From NCBI RefSeq assembly GCF_001194135.2, contig NC_068981.1, forward strand, positions 75,015,694-75,076,584: a DNA stretch of 60,891 nt, in the 5' to 3' direction. Position 1 is the first letter of the stretch; the number at the start of each line of letters is the position of its first letter. Below, one piece after another: positions 10,726 through 24,129 of this stretch. This DNA is from Octopus bimaculoides (taxonomy: Eukaryota). Under the pieces are notes generated by a model. The model searched no databases, was not told where the DNA came from, and worked only from the letters and a program-made list of their open reading frames with translations. The position numbers and the translations under genes were made by a program.

Positions 10726-12155
10726 ACGCAGTAACGCTCCGAAGGGCAGTTGTTTGATTTTGATGTTTGTTCCGTCTTTCGGGAAGACTAGAATTCTCTG
10801 AACTCAATTATCCTCAAGGCCAACTTTACCTGTCGTTGTTTCAGAATTAGTGAAGAAATTATTAGCTCAGTATCGGGATGTAAAATTCTTTTACATCCTA
10901 CACGTCTCACTTCTTTAAACCACTGTTTACGCTTGGAAGCAATTGGTTTTCTTCATATTTAAAGAGACGTAGACTTCACTAAATGTATCATGTTCCAGAT
11001 ACACTGTTTGTCGCGACATCGACTCGCATCATTCTGTCAGGAGTTGAAAACTCAGGAAAAAAAACACCCTGATTGACGACCACAGGTCAAAGCTATTCAA
11101 ACATAGTAAAGTCGTAATTTTTTTGATAAGGGAATGGCTAACTTTAATGAGGACAGCAAATGCAAAACATAAAAATAAAAATAATTACATCACTCACATT
11201 TACAATTTATATATATATATATATAGATATAGATATATNNNNNNNNNNNNNNNNNNNNNNNNNNNNNNNNNNNNNNNNNNNNNNNNNNNNNNNNNNNNNN
11301 NNNNNNNNNNNNNNNNNNNNNNNNNNNNNNNNNNNNNNNNNNNNNNNNNNNNNNNNNNNNNNNNNNNNNNNNNNNNNNNNNNNNNNNNNNNNNNNNNNNN
11401 NNNNNNNNNNNNNNNNNNNNNNNNNNNNNNNNNNNNNNNNNNNNNNNNNNNNNNNNNNNNNNNNNNNNNNNNNNNNNNNNNNNNNNNNNNNNNNNNNNNN
11501 NNNNNNNNNNNNNNNNNNNNNNNNNNNNNNNNNNNNNNNNNNNNNNNNNNNNNNNNNNNNNNNNNNNNNNNNNNNNNNNNNNNNNNNNNNNNNNNNNNNN
11601 NNNNNNNNNNNNNNNNNNNNNNNNNNNNNNNNNNNNNNNNNNNNNNNNNNNNNNNNNNNNNNNNNNNNNNNNNNNNNNNNNNNNNNNNNNNNNNNNNNNN
11701 NNNNNNNNNNNNNNNNNNNNNNNNNNNNNNNNNNNNNNNNNNNNNNNNNNNNNNNNNNNNNNNNNNNNNNNNNNNNNNNNNNNNNNNNNNNNNNNNNNNN
11801 NNNNNNNNNNNNNNNNNNNNNNNNNNNNNNNNNNNNNNNNNNNNNNNNNNNNNNNNNNNNNNNNNNNNNNNNNNNNNNNNNNNNNNNNNNNNNNNNNNNN
11901 NNNNNNNNNNNNNNNNNNNNNNNNNNNNNNNNNNNNNNNNNNNNNNNNNNNNNNNNNNNNNNNNNNNNNNNNNNNNNNNNNNNNNNNNNNNNNNNNNNNN
12001 NNNNNNNNNNNNNNNNNNNNNNNNNNNNNNNNNNNNNNNNNNNNNNNNNNNNNNNNNNNNNNNNNNNNNNNNNNNNNNNNNNNNNNNNNNNNNNNNNNNN
12101 NNNNNNNNNNNNNNNNNNNAATAAATTAATAAATTGATAAATCTTTACCCTTTTA

Positions 12156-12196
<41 letters not shown>

Positions 12197-12682
12197 GAGG
12201 ACAAAGGACAAAGGAATAAATAATTATCTTAATAAACTTCATTAGCTTACACCCGTGTTCTGTATATAAGCACAAATGTAATTCTTTCCCAAATAAATTG
12301 CACTTCGTATTTGAATCTATAAAGTGTTATTCGGGCGCTCAACTATGAATCCACTGCATCCTATAGGTGATGGGAGGGTCAAAGTACCACTAAGAACAAC
12401 AATATAAAGGGCACAGATATAAACAATGTAGTGGGCAAGCCCATATAAACATACATAACGACACATGCGAAACACACGCGTACGCAAGCACACACGCACA
12501 CACACGCACGCACAAGCACATGCACATACACATATATACATACACATACACATAGTTACACACATGCGCACAAACACATAGTTACAGACGCATCTGTAAG
12601 CGTAGATAAGGAAACATATAATAGAAAGACGGAATGGATTAAGCGAAGCAGCAGGACACACGTGGACGGAAAGGTGGCTGAA

Positions 12683-12696
12683 GTATGACGTCATAC
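12683..12696. promoter_or_regulatory. 14-bp palindrome containing a full CRE (TGACGTCA); E-box CACGTG at 12659-12664
   Basis: GTATGACGTCATAC is self-complementary. Function is not shown. Confidence 0.25.
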
Positions 12697-14559
12697 ATCA
12701 TCACAGAAAAATGACGAAAGATTTCTGGAAATGAGATAAAATAAGAAAAGTAATAAGCGAGTGAAGAACGAATATATAGTGCGTGTGTTTATTTGCCAAA
12801 AAACATGACCATCTCTCCCGAAATATTACAATATCTCTTTCAGCACACGGTTTCACACCACGAATCTTGCAACAGAGATTCCTAAACGTAAATGTATATA
12901 TATATATTCTTACTTACAAGGTGAACAAATGTGCACGTTTTATTGTCGTCTGTTGCGTTCTTGTTCCATTCTTTGGGATTTATATACATATATATGCATA
13001 TCAAAATCTAATTTAAATAGCGAAAACTAGTTGTATTTTACAACACCCATATGATATGTATATATTTATATAAAAAAATATTAAACTATGTGAAACGAAG
13101 GCATTTTTCTTCTTTCTTTAAATATTTTCAACTCATAATTTTACCACGTGTTGTTTACTGAATCTCCAGTATTTTTGCTCCTTATATNNNNNNNNNNNNN
13201 NNNNNNNNNNNNNNNNNNNNNNNNNNNNNNNNNNNNNNNNNNNNNNNNNNNNNNNNNNNNNNNNNNNNNNNNNNNNNNNNNNNNNNNNNNNNNNNNNNNN
13301 NNNNNNNNNNNNNNNNNNNNNNNNNNNNNNNNNNNNNNNNNNNNNNNNNNNNNNNNNNNNNNNNNNNNNNNNNNNNNNNNNNNNNNNNNNNNNNNNNNNN
13401 NNNNNNNNNNNNNNNNNNNNNNNNNNNNNNNNNNNNNNNNNNNNNNNNNNNNNNNNNNNNNNNNNNNNNNNNNNNNNNNNNNNNNNNNNNNNNNNNNNNN
13501 NNNNNNNNNNNNNNNNNNNNNNNNNNNNNNNNNNNNNNNNNNNNNNNNNNNNNNNNNNNNNNNNNNNNNNNNNNNNNNNNNNNNNNNNNNNNNNNNNNNN
13601 NNNNNNNNNNNNNNNNNNNNNNNNNNNNNNNNNNNNNNNNNNNNNNNNNNNNNNNNNNNNNNNNNNNNNNNNNNNNNNNNNNNNNNNNNNNNNNNNNNNN
13701 NNNNNNNNNNNNNNNNNNNNNNNNNNNNNNNNNNNNNNNNNNNNNNNNNNNNNNNNNNNNNNNNNNNNNNNNNNNNNNNNNNNNNNNNNNNNNNNNNNNN
13801 NNNNNNNNNNNNNNNNNNNNNNNNNNNNNNNNNNNNNNNNNNNTATATATATATATATATATATATATTTGAGTACGTTCATACTCAGTGTATTTAGAGT
13901 GTATCTAAATGCATGCTCTTAAAATGTTACTTTTTTGATCAAATAGAGAAATAGATTTAGTTTGTCGTAGGCGTGAGCGTATGTATATTTGAATGTCAGC
14001 TCCTGCGAAAAATGTCTGCTATTGCAACTATAAATTTTTAAAAAATACAGTTATACCCTTGCTCTGTTTATGTGGTAATTAATATGCCAGAGTGTGTAGC
14101 CTTCATCTTTAAGAAAACAAATGTGAGTAATGCAAAGTTAAGAGATACTTTCCAATAACGTTGGAAATCACAAAATAAACAACATAGCTTTAGCTGTTAT
14201 GATAGTAAAAAACATTAATTGTAACCTGAGCAACGTTTCACAATGTTTAAATAAGACTGACTAATTTTAATTCAAGCTCTCTGAGTGTTCCGCTTAAAAA
14301 ACACTCCTGGAATGTTTTAAGGCTGTTTGAAGGAAGGGTTCAACAGGAAGCCGTGGTAAAATAATACAGAATAATGAGGCAAAGGTGAATATATTGCTTT
14401 CAGAGTTGCCTCGTATTATACTCATGATAACAATTATACATCTGAAGATTTACAAAAATGTATGAAAGCTTCTCGACTGCTCTTTTATTCGCTTTTAAAA
14501 GCTACCAAAGTTAACATACACGTCTTTAAAATGTTTATGTGTAAATACATTTTCAAATG

Positions 14560-14561
<2 letters not shown>

Positions 14562-14622
<61 letters not shown>

Positions 14623-14742
14623 GGCTGTCTGTCTTCGTGTCTGCCTATCTTTCTATGTATCTAGCTAAATAGGCATCCATCCATCCATCTATCCATCTAT
14701 GTATCTATCGGTCTGTCTGTCTGCCCGTCCGTCCGTCCGTCC

Positions 14743-14812
<70 letters not shown>

Positions 14813-14822
14813 TTATCTATCT
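14562..14822. repeat. Compound tetranucleotide microsatellite (TCTA/TCCA/TCTG/TCCG)
   Basis: Direct reading. Confidence 0.95.
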
Positions 14823-17814
14823 ATTCCCAGGATGGCTGAATAATATCTATTCTACACTCCTCATTCTTACTGTATTTAGTTATGTTCCATGCTTTACCCG
14901 TTCTCATGCTACAGAAATCGCCATGTTTTTCATCAGTCCATAGTCATTGAAGCATTGGTGTCGCTTTAATCAACCATTACCCCATTACCTAGATAAAATT
15001 GCCATTAGGCATCTGTTGCGATACATAATTTGCTTTACTAGCGTCATGATCATAACTTCTTTTATAATTCTCTCTATACCCTGATTCTTAATTCCAATTA
15101 ACTATGGTTGTGATATATTTTAAGAATATAATGTTGTATTCCAAAGAACTTTGACTTAGTTTACGAACATTATGACTTTCAGTTTACATTTTGATTGCAC
15201 CAAGGTCAATAAAATACAGTTCTAGTCATGTACTTGAGTCAATTACATCTATTACCCAACACTCAAATTTGTGATCTTGTATTAAAATGAGCTTTAGGAC
15301 TCTGTGTGTGGGGGGTGGGGTGGCGTGTGTGTGTGTGGTGTGTGTATGGTGTGTGTGTGTGAGTATATGTATATACGTACTTGTATGTGTGTGTGTGTAC
15401 GTATGCGCGTGTGTATATATGTTTGTAGTAAAACAAATTGCTACTCAGTGAAATATTTCCGTTTGAATATATATTCATAATCACATCTAGATGTGTGCAC
15501 GCACGCATGCACGCACGCACACACATACACACATACACACACACACACATACGCACGCACACACACACACACACACACATAAATACACACACAAGCACTC
15601 ACACTTATTAGATAAGCATGTGCACACACCGTCACATATGTGTCTTTGAATATGTGTTTGCAGTTATGTGTATTGTATGAATATTTATGTGCATTAATAT
15701 CCATCTTGCAAGTATTGAAATACAAAAATACAAAAGTACAGATACAATACATATAAATACCTAAAAGTGCTAGAACATAAGCAAACGCACAGACACCACA
15801 TTAATATGTATATATGCGTGCGCGTGAGTGTGTGCGTCTATGCATATGTAAATGTATATATATGTGTGTATGCATCCTTGTGTATTACATACATGTGTGT
15901 GTGTGTGTATGTGTGTGTGTTAAGCGGATATTGATAGTGATAAATTCTTTATAATATTATGTGAACTTGTCTGGTATTTCAAATATTCCCTTGATGTTGG
16001 CGTCAAAATTGCGTTTATTAGTATCGTTAATAACGGAGATTTTCCAATTAAGATGATCTTATGTCAGTGAGGTTTAGGACGAGATTATGGCATTACAATA
16101 ATTGGAAATAGAGTTGTAATTTAGAATATAAATGCATTTTCATCATAGGTATCGTGGTAAATTCTTTTATATCTTGCTGTCGTATCACGAGAGACATTAT
16201 CTTCATACAACTAGAAAGGAAGTATGGATTCTACAATTTTATGTGTTTTGTGAGAGGTTCTCAGTGCTTGTTGACATTTTAGGCTATCGTTAAAAATGTA
16301 TGGACAACGCTGACTTCAATTCATCAACGAGACAATCATTATTATATGCTGTGTCGTGTACAAGTTTAGATTTCTGATTATAACAATTTTACATGGCTTT
16401 ACTTCACCAATATCATCTAAGGAATTTTGCACTTAGGCAGTAAGCCCAGTATTTCAACATACTTATCATTTTCACTGGCAGCCATCAAAGGACACCATTT
16501 CAACCGGACTTTATCTTTCCGCTTTCTATGGCATTGTAAATTTGAGCATGTCACAATATCCCGATTTTTTCCGTTCGTAAATATACAGTTTTCGTACCTA
16601 ATCATGTAATTTTAAATATATTCTAATTTAAGTCTCATTTCAATATTTTGTTTTGTGGTTCACAGTGTGATAGGATGGTAATTTCTCTGTGATTTGATAC
16701 CCCAAGTTGATTCAGATGTTGAATTAGATCTGCTTTATTTCACGTAGGATGTCTAAAACCCATTAATATGACAAGTTACTACTTGCTCCCATTTCCCCTC
16801 ACTCCATGACATTTTCTCTGTTCATATTTATAAAAGCAAGTAATCTGCTATCTGCTCATCTTCCCTCTAATAATTGAATATAAATTGACTATCGTGTGAG
16901 TTATTACCTCATACTATTTTTAAGTCGGGATTCAAACTACTTATAACAAGCATATACACACATGTATCATATTTTCAATAACAGTAAAATTTTGGATAAT
17001 ATTTATTGTTCCCATTTGCTCCATATTCCTGGTGTAGTAAACTATATTGATATAGCATCTCCCAAAACTATATTGATGTAACCTCTCCCAAAACACAGTT
17101 ACTATTTCCAGTTTCTGGCAGCTTCAATGATGTTTATTACATGTTACTCATGATTATACACCAGTGCTGAGTAATTGCTACTTTATAGTATCTATACGAA
17201 CAAACATACCACTCTAAGTCAAATAGTTTATTTTAAGCCTCTTACATCGAGGTAAATTTTGGCTTAATCACCGTAGAACGAAATTCCGCGAGATATATAT
17301 TCCGGTTCTCTGAGTTCGAATCTCTCCATGTCACCTCTTCCATCTATCCTATCGGGGCCGATAACATATAAACATGTTCAAAGCGGTGACTTGGCGGAAT
17401 TTTTAGAGCCTTAGATTAGATGCCTTGTAGTGTGTGTTCCGGTTGTCTGAGTTCTCAATTTTTGGATGGTTGTCTATGTATTTCTCGCTTTAACACCATC
17501 AACGGATCGATGATTGCCTTTTGGTAGACTATACTTACTTCTAAGTATTTGAGCAGCACTCCATCAACTTCCTTTTTTCCCCTGCATCAGTTCCTGAGGT
17601 CCTGAGAAAAATAAAGATTCGTGGTGGCTGCCCACACCTCCGTAACTCAGCGGTAAAAAAATATTAAGCAACGTATTACTTTATTGGAATCGCTTTTAAG
17701 GTGAATCTATTTTGAAGGATCATACTAGATCTGTTGAGTGTTAATAAGTAACTTCATCATTTGGAAGCATTCGTACAAAAGGAATTGGATGCAATAATAA
17801 CATACATAAAGGCA

Positions 17815-18000
17815 GTGAGCTTGCAAAATGCTTAGCGTCCGTCTTAACTTTCGTAGTTCAAATTTCGCTGAGGTTGACTTTGTCTTTCATCTTTTCAGGG
17901 TCGATAAAATAAGTATCAGTTAAGCACAGAGTTCGATGTATTTGACTTGCCTCCTTCCCCGAACTTGTTGGCCTTCTACCAACATATGAAACCAATAACA
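17815..18000 (+). mobile_element. SINE family B, decayed
   Basis: AAGGCAGTGAGCTTGCAAAATGCTTAGC...AGTTCAAATTTCGCTGAGG...GGGTCGATAAAATAAGTA. Confidence 0.75.
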
Positions 18001-18242
18001 TACATTTAAAATCACCAGGTCTAGGATTTGACCTCACATCTCACGGACGTTTATTTTTACTTTTGGTTAAGTTGTTGTCGAGGAAATAAAATACTCACTG
18101 TACCAGTGATGAGTCATTTACGTTTACTTCAGTCTCTACACACATATTTACTTTGTTTTGAATCAAAAATTTATTTTCATAAATACAATCTACTCAAACT
18201 GCTCATATTTTTGTCGGCTTTAACAATAATTCTGTTTCAGTC

Positions 18243-18284
18243 TTTGATGTTTATACTAACCTGTAGGTTAGTATTAACATCAAA
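18243..18284. repeat. Near-perfect 42-bp palindrome
   Basis: TTTGATGTTTATACTAACCT-GT-AGGTTAGTATTAACATCAAA: 20-bp arms, 19/20 complementary. Confidence 0.95.
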
Positions 18285-18499
18285 CTTCTATACTGATCAC
18301 TATATCGTTGTGGTCTTGCCCCTTAACTTATTAAATCAGCGAGCACTGACTACTTCACTTCTTGAAATGTTTCTTTTGGGGTTGGACGTTGTGATTTAAT
18401 TTAGCCATATGTTATTTAAACTAAGTACCAGTGTTTTATGACACTGTCATCAATGATAGAGTGGCATTACTGCTAACAACTCTTAGTTTTGAATACAAG

Positions 18500-18709
18500 T
18501 ACGAGTCGGTGCTGGCTGTGGGTAAAAGAAAATACAGGAGGGTCAGTCAATTATGATTTTATTCAATATATTCCCATCTCAGATTCTCACACTTATTGCA
18601 GCGGTCCTTCAGTTTTTCTAAGCCCTGTAAAAGAACACAGAAGGTTGAACCTCCAACAAATCCTTTCGTGATACCCTTAAATCCAGGGACTTTTCAGCAG
18701 TCCCTCGTA
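18500..18709 (-). mobile_element. Mariner-derived MITE / deleted element
   Basis: TA at both ends; TIR TACGAGGGACTGCTGAAAAGTCCCTGG at one end and a partly deleted TIR at the other; retains the transposase C-terminus QGLEKLKDRCNKCENLRWEYIE*. Confidence 0.85.
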
Positions 18710-20811
18710 AATACTTCACTTCAAGAAATGTTTCCTTAGGGTTGCTAGTTCTTACTTTGGCAATATGGTATTCGATCATATTCGAACTCATTACCAGCAT
18801 GTTATGAAACTGTTATCAATAATATACTAACATTGCTGCTAACAAGTCTAGGTTTTAAATACAAATACAATCTATTTAAAATCCATAGATTATTAAAACC
18901 ATATAACATTCTGCATCAACACGTTACTGCCTCGGCTTGCCTCGTTATATCAATTGCTAAAGCTTCAGAGAACTCAGGAAAGTGTGTTATTTCATTCGAG
19001 TATTTTAAAACCATTCGTGACGTTAATTTGTTTTCAAAGTGTAATTATTCAATCAAAAAACGTTCTTTATTAAACTAACCTCATTAATATATCATTTTAA
19101 TCTCATTCATTGATAATATTTGGATTAATATGGCAAACTGCTCTGGCTTTCTGTTGAAGCTACTTCACGTCAATTTTGTCAGTGATGCGCATAGGAAGGG
19201 CTTGGATAACACATTTTCATTTCTCTTCACTTAAGTATTTGAGAGATAGTATCGATATACTCATGTTATCATTTATATGATTATTAGAATAGCATCACTA
19301 GGTGCAATTAATATTCGGGTGAAAAGATTTCATCGAGAAAGGCCTAAATAAAATCACAAAAGCTATTTTACCAAAAACATATACGGAAGAAGCGATTATA
19401 TTGAAGAGAATATACAGTTAACAAATCTGTTAGAAGATTTCTGTGCTTTATAAGCATCAAATGTTTTATTTGTATATATTGTAAATTATTTCAACAATTT
19501 CTCTTATGATTCAGTGCATAGAATGAAAAATATACAAGCTAGGCATTGTCGTTTATTTCTTCAGTGATCTGTTATTCATGTTTAGATACACGCTATCTCG
19601 GGAAATAATAACATTAAAAATGATCAGGCTGTTGAATAAATTAGATTACTATCGGCGAAAGTATTATCTAGTGAGTAAGTGGCGATAGTTTTTTTTTTGT
19701 ATGTTTTCGATGGGATGCTATTTTTTAAAACTGCAATGGTGCTGCCGATGACGACGACGACTTCACTGATGATGATTATTTTTAAAAATTCCATAATTTC
19801 CCTTTTTTTATTGAACATGGAAAAATCTCATAAATGGGCAATAATTCAGTTTCAAAATCCTATTCACGTTTCAGTTGGCTTTTGTCTAATATAAAAGTGT
19901 TTTAAACAATATTTTACAAAATTATAGGATGCTATTAAAGTGTTCAGNNNNNNNNNNATATATATAATCCATATGTTGTATGTATACATACATAGGTGTG
20001 TATGTGTATATTTCTTGTGTATTTTATATTTTCAAAAATGTTTTATATAAAAACTGGATTAGTTCTTAAAACGAGACGAATCCGTTATGAATATTTTTTA
20101 AGTTCGTTACGTTAAATAATTTAGAATTTTAAATAATATATCTTGGAGCACAGAGCGGCCTTATTAGTATCTTTTACTACATGTGGGCATTGTTAATTTG
20201 TATGACGGTTAGACGAATGTGACAAAACAATTAGTTGTCTTTATAACCGTTAGCGCATTCCTTGGTTGTATTCAATATGGTCGATTTCATTCTTTTGAAA
20301 TGATACAAAAAAAGCACATTGATAGAACTAAAATCTGACATTAACTCATTAAAATATAGTTCCATGCCAGCAATCGTGACTGTAACGAAGTTCATCTATT
20401 AAAAGCTCTTCTATATCACCACCATAGTCAAAAACATCACACTGCGGAGCCTTCCTCATGCTGTGAGACAAAGCATGAACAATTGAAGAATTACTTTGTC
20501 AACAAGAAAGCAGAGGGAGAGGTTATGCATTTCTTCATTGTAGATGATATTTCAGTGTAGTATCCATAAAAGAACTGCATCTATTTCACCAAATTTCAAT
20601 TACAGTGGATTAGTTTAGATCATATTCATGGTCATACGAATGTGTAGTCGATATTTTTAATAGTGTCTCGTCCAGCCATAGGCCAAATGATTCGTTAATC
20701 GAATGAGTTATTGAGCCAGTGACCTCGAGTCCAGTGAAGTAGCCCGAGTAAGCTGATATATTTGATACGTTATATGTATATGTGATATTTATATACTAGC
20801 TTCATTTGAAT

Positions 20812-20910
<99 letters not shown>

Positions 20911-22248
20911 GGATGATGAACATAAATGACTAGGAAAGATAAAGTAATATTGATTATTTGTGCGGCCATTAGTATGTGTCTATGCAGTTATGTAAGGATA
21001 ACTCGAAATAGGTATACGACCATGTTATAACATTCTTATCTTACTTCCCTGATAAGTTTCTTCGGCTGCTTAGAAATTTGATCTTATTAAAGATTAGCAA
21101 GACATAACACTGTTATATCAGCCAAAATATTAAATATCCTTTTCAAATATTTGTTTAATATCCAACTTAATTACTTATTTACTTTATATAAGGTAAGTGA
21201 TGTATCATTTGTTGGGAGAATTTTAAAGAAAATAGAATGGTAATTAATCAGGTGTCAGAAATTGGTTGGTTTCATATTCGTGTCTCGGAATCTTCCTTCC
21301 AAGAATATCACAAGTAGCGTGACTATATTGCCAGCGCAGCTTCATCGAAACTCATTGCAGTTTCTCTCATCCTTGCTGCCATTTCACACAGTCACCAAAT
21401 AAGAAAACTCCGACGAACGAGACAACCCAATATCACGTCCCTTTTATTACCATCACTACAGAGATCAATCTCTATCACTGGAAAAGCAGCGCATGCTATC
21501 AAAGGGTGATCATTGAGATCTACCGACTGTCCTCTGATCGACTTGGCATTTAATTACTCAATATTTCCTAGAGCTTAATAAACAAACACATTAACTGCCT
21601 AGTGGCCGCGACTGCAACTTCAATAGAGGCAGATCTAATCTTTCATGAATCTTCAAAAAATCTTTGTTAAATCAATGTTGTTGCACCTAGGACCAGGACA
21701 AAGACTACCGTATCTTGCCTATGCTATGTAGTGGTTCTGTATTTCTTAGATCAGTCTCCTTGCTGCATGTATTGGCAGGTTCTTTCTCTGGTTCCACTCC
21801 ACCAACTCTTGTCTACCTCAATAGACAACTACACCCCTCTCGTTCTCTCTAGTATCTTCACTATAGTAAATTATATTTAAAGAAGACGTCAATGAAAAAA
21901 AAAAAAAACTCCAGACATGTTTTGACCAGCAAACAGAAGACAAACTGTCTTTAATTCGAATTTTTATAACTTTTTATTAATATTTGATAAGATGAAATTC
22001 ACCATCGAAACCGGTAATATTTCATACTTTCTATATATAATTTTAAAATCATTTTATTAAATTCTTTCCTAATTGAAAAGTCGTAGATTTACTTCTGAGC
22101 TGTTTCCACCTCCATCATTTATATATAAAAATTTGATTTGTATAGATTTCTAATCTTTTTTNNNNNNNNNNNNNNNNNNNNNNNNNNNNNNNNNNNNNNN
22201 NNNNNNNNNNNNNNNNNNNNNNNNNNNNATATATATATATATATATAG

Positions 22249-22500
22249 GAGCACTCCGTCGGTTACGACGACAAGGGTCTCAGCTTATACGATCAACGGA
22301 ACAGCTTGCTCGTAAAATTAACGTGCAATTGCCTGAGCAATCCACAGACACGTGTACCCCTAACGTACTTCTCAGGGAGATTCAGCGTGACACAGAGTGT
22401 GACAAGGCTGGCCCTTTGAAATACAGGTACAATTCATTTTTGCCGCCTGAGTGGAGTGGAGAAACGTGAAATAAAGTATCTTGCTCAACGACACAACGTG
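22249..22500 (-). mobile_element. SINE with CORE-like segment plus probable Ceph-type domain, 5' truncated
   Basis: Shares CCACTCAG..GGCAAAAA.TGA with the SINE at 23424; followed by a long conserved-looking block and a ..GTCGTCGTAACCGACGGAGTGCTCC tail. The Ceph assignment is from recollection and unverified. Confidence 0.65.
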
Positions 22501-22529
22501 TGAATTCAAGAACTTACAATGTATATATA

Positions 22530-22715
22530 TATATGAATGTGTGTCTTTGTGTCTGTGTTTGTACCCTACTACCACTTGACGACTGGTGCTGGTGTATTTA
22601 CGGGCCCTGTAACCGTACGGTTCAGCAAAACAGTTCGATAGAATATGTACCAAGCTTAACAAATAAGTACTGACGTTGATTCAAACGACTAAAAATTCTT
22701 CCAGCCGGTGCCCCA
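22530..22715 (+). mobile_element. SINE family A 3' part
   Basis: GTGTCTGTGTTTGT...CGATAGAATATGTACC...AAATAAGTACTG. Confidence 0.7.
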
Positions 22716-22764
22716 GCTCATCCAAATTTGTCCCTCCTTTTATGTCTTCTTAATAGAAGTGTTA

Positions 22765-22844
22765 TATCAACAAGAACAACTACCACCATCTCCACCATCA
22801 CACCACTCACCAAAGCAACCACCACCTCCACCACCACTACCAGG

Positions 22845-22878
<34 letters not shown>

Positions 22879-22910
22879 TTGCTGATTCCGTTACTGCTGC
22901 TGCTGCTGCC
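22765..22910. repeat. Compound trinucleotide repeat (ACC/ACT/GCT)
   Basis: Direct reading. Confidence 0.9.
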
Positions 22911-23423
22911 ATCTTCTGTTATAGTGATTTAGAACAGGAGAAAAAATTTGGACGCCTGTCCTCTGCGGCCTCTGCCACAACTGAAATTGTTGAGTTATAT
23001 TTGGTTAATATCTGATAATCATCTTGGGCAATTCCAAGTCGATGACTGTGTTTGGGATAGTAGCATTGAATAAATATGTGACTAAAGCAAAGACCGTCTG
23101 GAAAGGGGGAACCCAATATATCTAATGAGAGAAAAGAAGACGTGTGTCTTAGATGGGTTAACTCTAACTGTTGTATAGAGGCTGAAATATATTGCTGAGT
23201 GACTATATGTCAATATTCGGGTGGACTTCTTTGATGACATATATGATGTACTTATATGAAGCAGCAGTAGCACTGTAGATGAGTAGGAACAGTATTTCAT
23301 TATGCGCCCCACATAAGATTTGGAGAGTCAGCTGCTAGGAGTTAAGAAAACGTCGTTAGTGATTATGAAACTGAAGTATTTGTAAGTTACACTGAGAATT
23401 TTAGTTCCGTATAGTCTATAATT

Positions 23424-23633
23424 GTGGAGGCGCGTGGCTTAGTGGTTAGGGTGTCAGCATCATGATCGTAAGATTGTGGTTTCGACTCCTGGACCGGTTG
23501 ACGTTGCTCCAGTCCACTCAGCTGGCAAAAATGAGAAACGCTGCGATAGACTGGAACACATACGCCATTGAAACCGGGAAACCGGGCCCATGAGCCTGGC
23601 TAGGCTTTAAAAGGGCGCATTTATTATAATAAT
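23424..23633 (+). mobile_element. tRNA-derived SINE (family C) with perfect 14-bp target-site duplication
   Basis: A-box TGGCTTAGTGG, B-box-like GTTTCGACTCC, short (AAT) tail; TATAGTCTATAATT at 23410-23423 and 23634-23647. Confidence 0.92.
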
Positions 23634-24129
23634 TATAGTCTATAATTATATATTTTTATTTTTTACCGACTCTTTTCATTTTCAGTTCAAATTCTACCGA
23701 TGTCTGTTACTTTGCCTTTCATCTTTTCGGGATCGGAAAGTGAAGTACCAATCCAGCCGATAAACCGGCGGAATAATCAGCATGTCTTACAATCAGGAAT
23801 AATCAAGATGTCTTACAATACTTGCTAGGACATTATCTACTTTTTTAAAAATTTCACTAAAATTAAAATATAAAAACAGTTGCATAACAAAAGGTATATT
23901 GCACTATTTACAAAGAAGAGAATAAAAAGTTCCCAGGAATGGAATGAAGTAGTTCATTATTGAGGCTAGTGAGACCACCGAGAAGGATTATAGTAAAAAA
24001 AACTATCACCCTTTTCATGATGGCCTGCGAAGGAGCTCTTTATGCAGGTCATTTAAAAAAAATTCATATACAAATTTGAAAATATGTTTTTATAAGTTTC
24101 CTTTTACTTTTGGAGGGAGTATTGGTTTA

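Noticed and set aside
16417-16605. Cys-rich 62-aa ORF resembling a secreted peptide
   Set aside because: No signal peptide or recognisable Cys framework; the plus strand shows a possible LINE ILHLG remnant.
22708-23015. Poly-Thr/Ala/Leu/Pro ORFs
   Set aside because: Translations of trinucleotide microsatellites in several frames.
23424-23500. tRNA gene
   Set aside because: A and B boxes are present, but there is no cloverleaf or poly-T terminator and it is embedded in a TSD-flanked SINE; the same applies to the other SINE heads.
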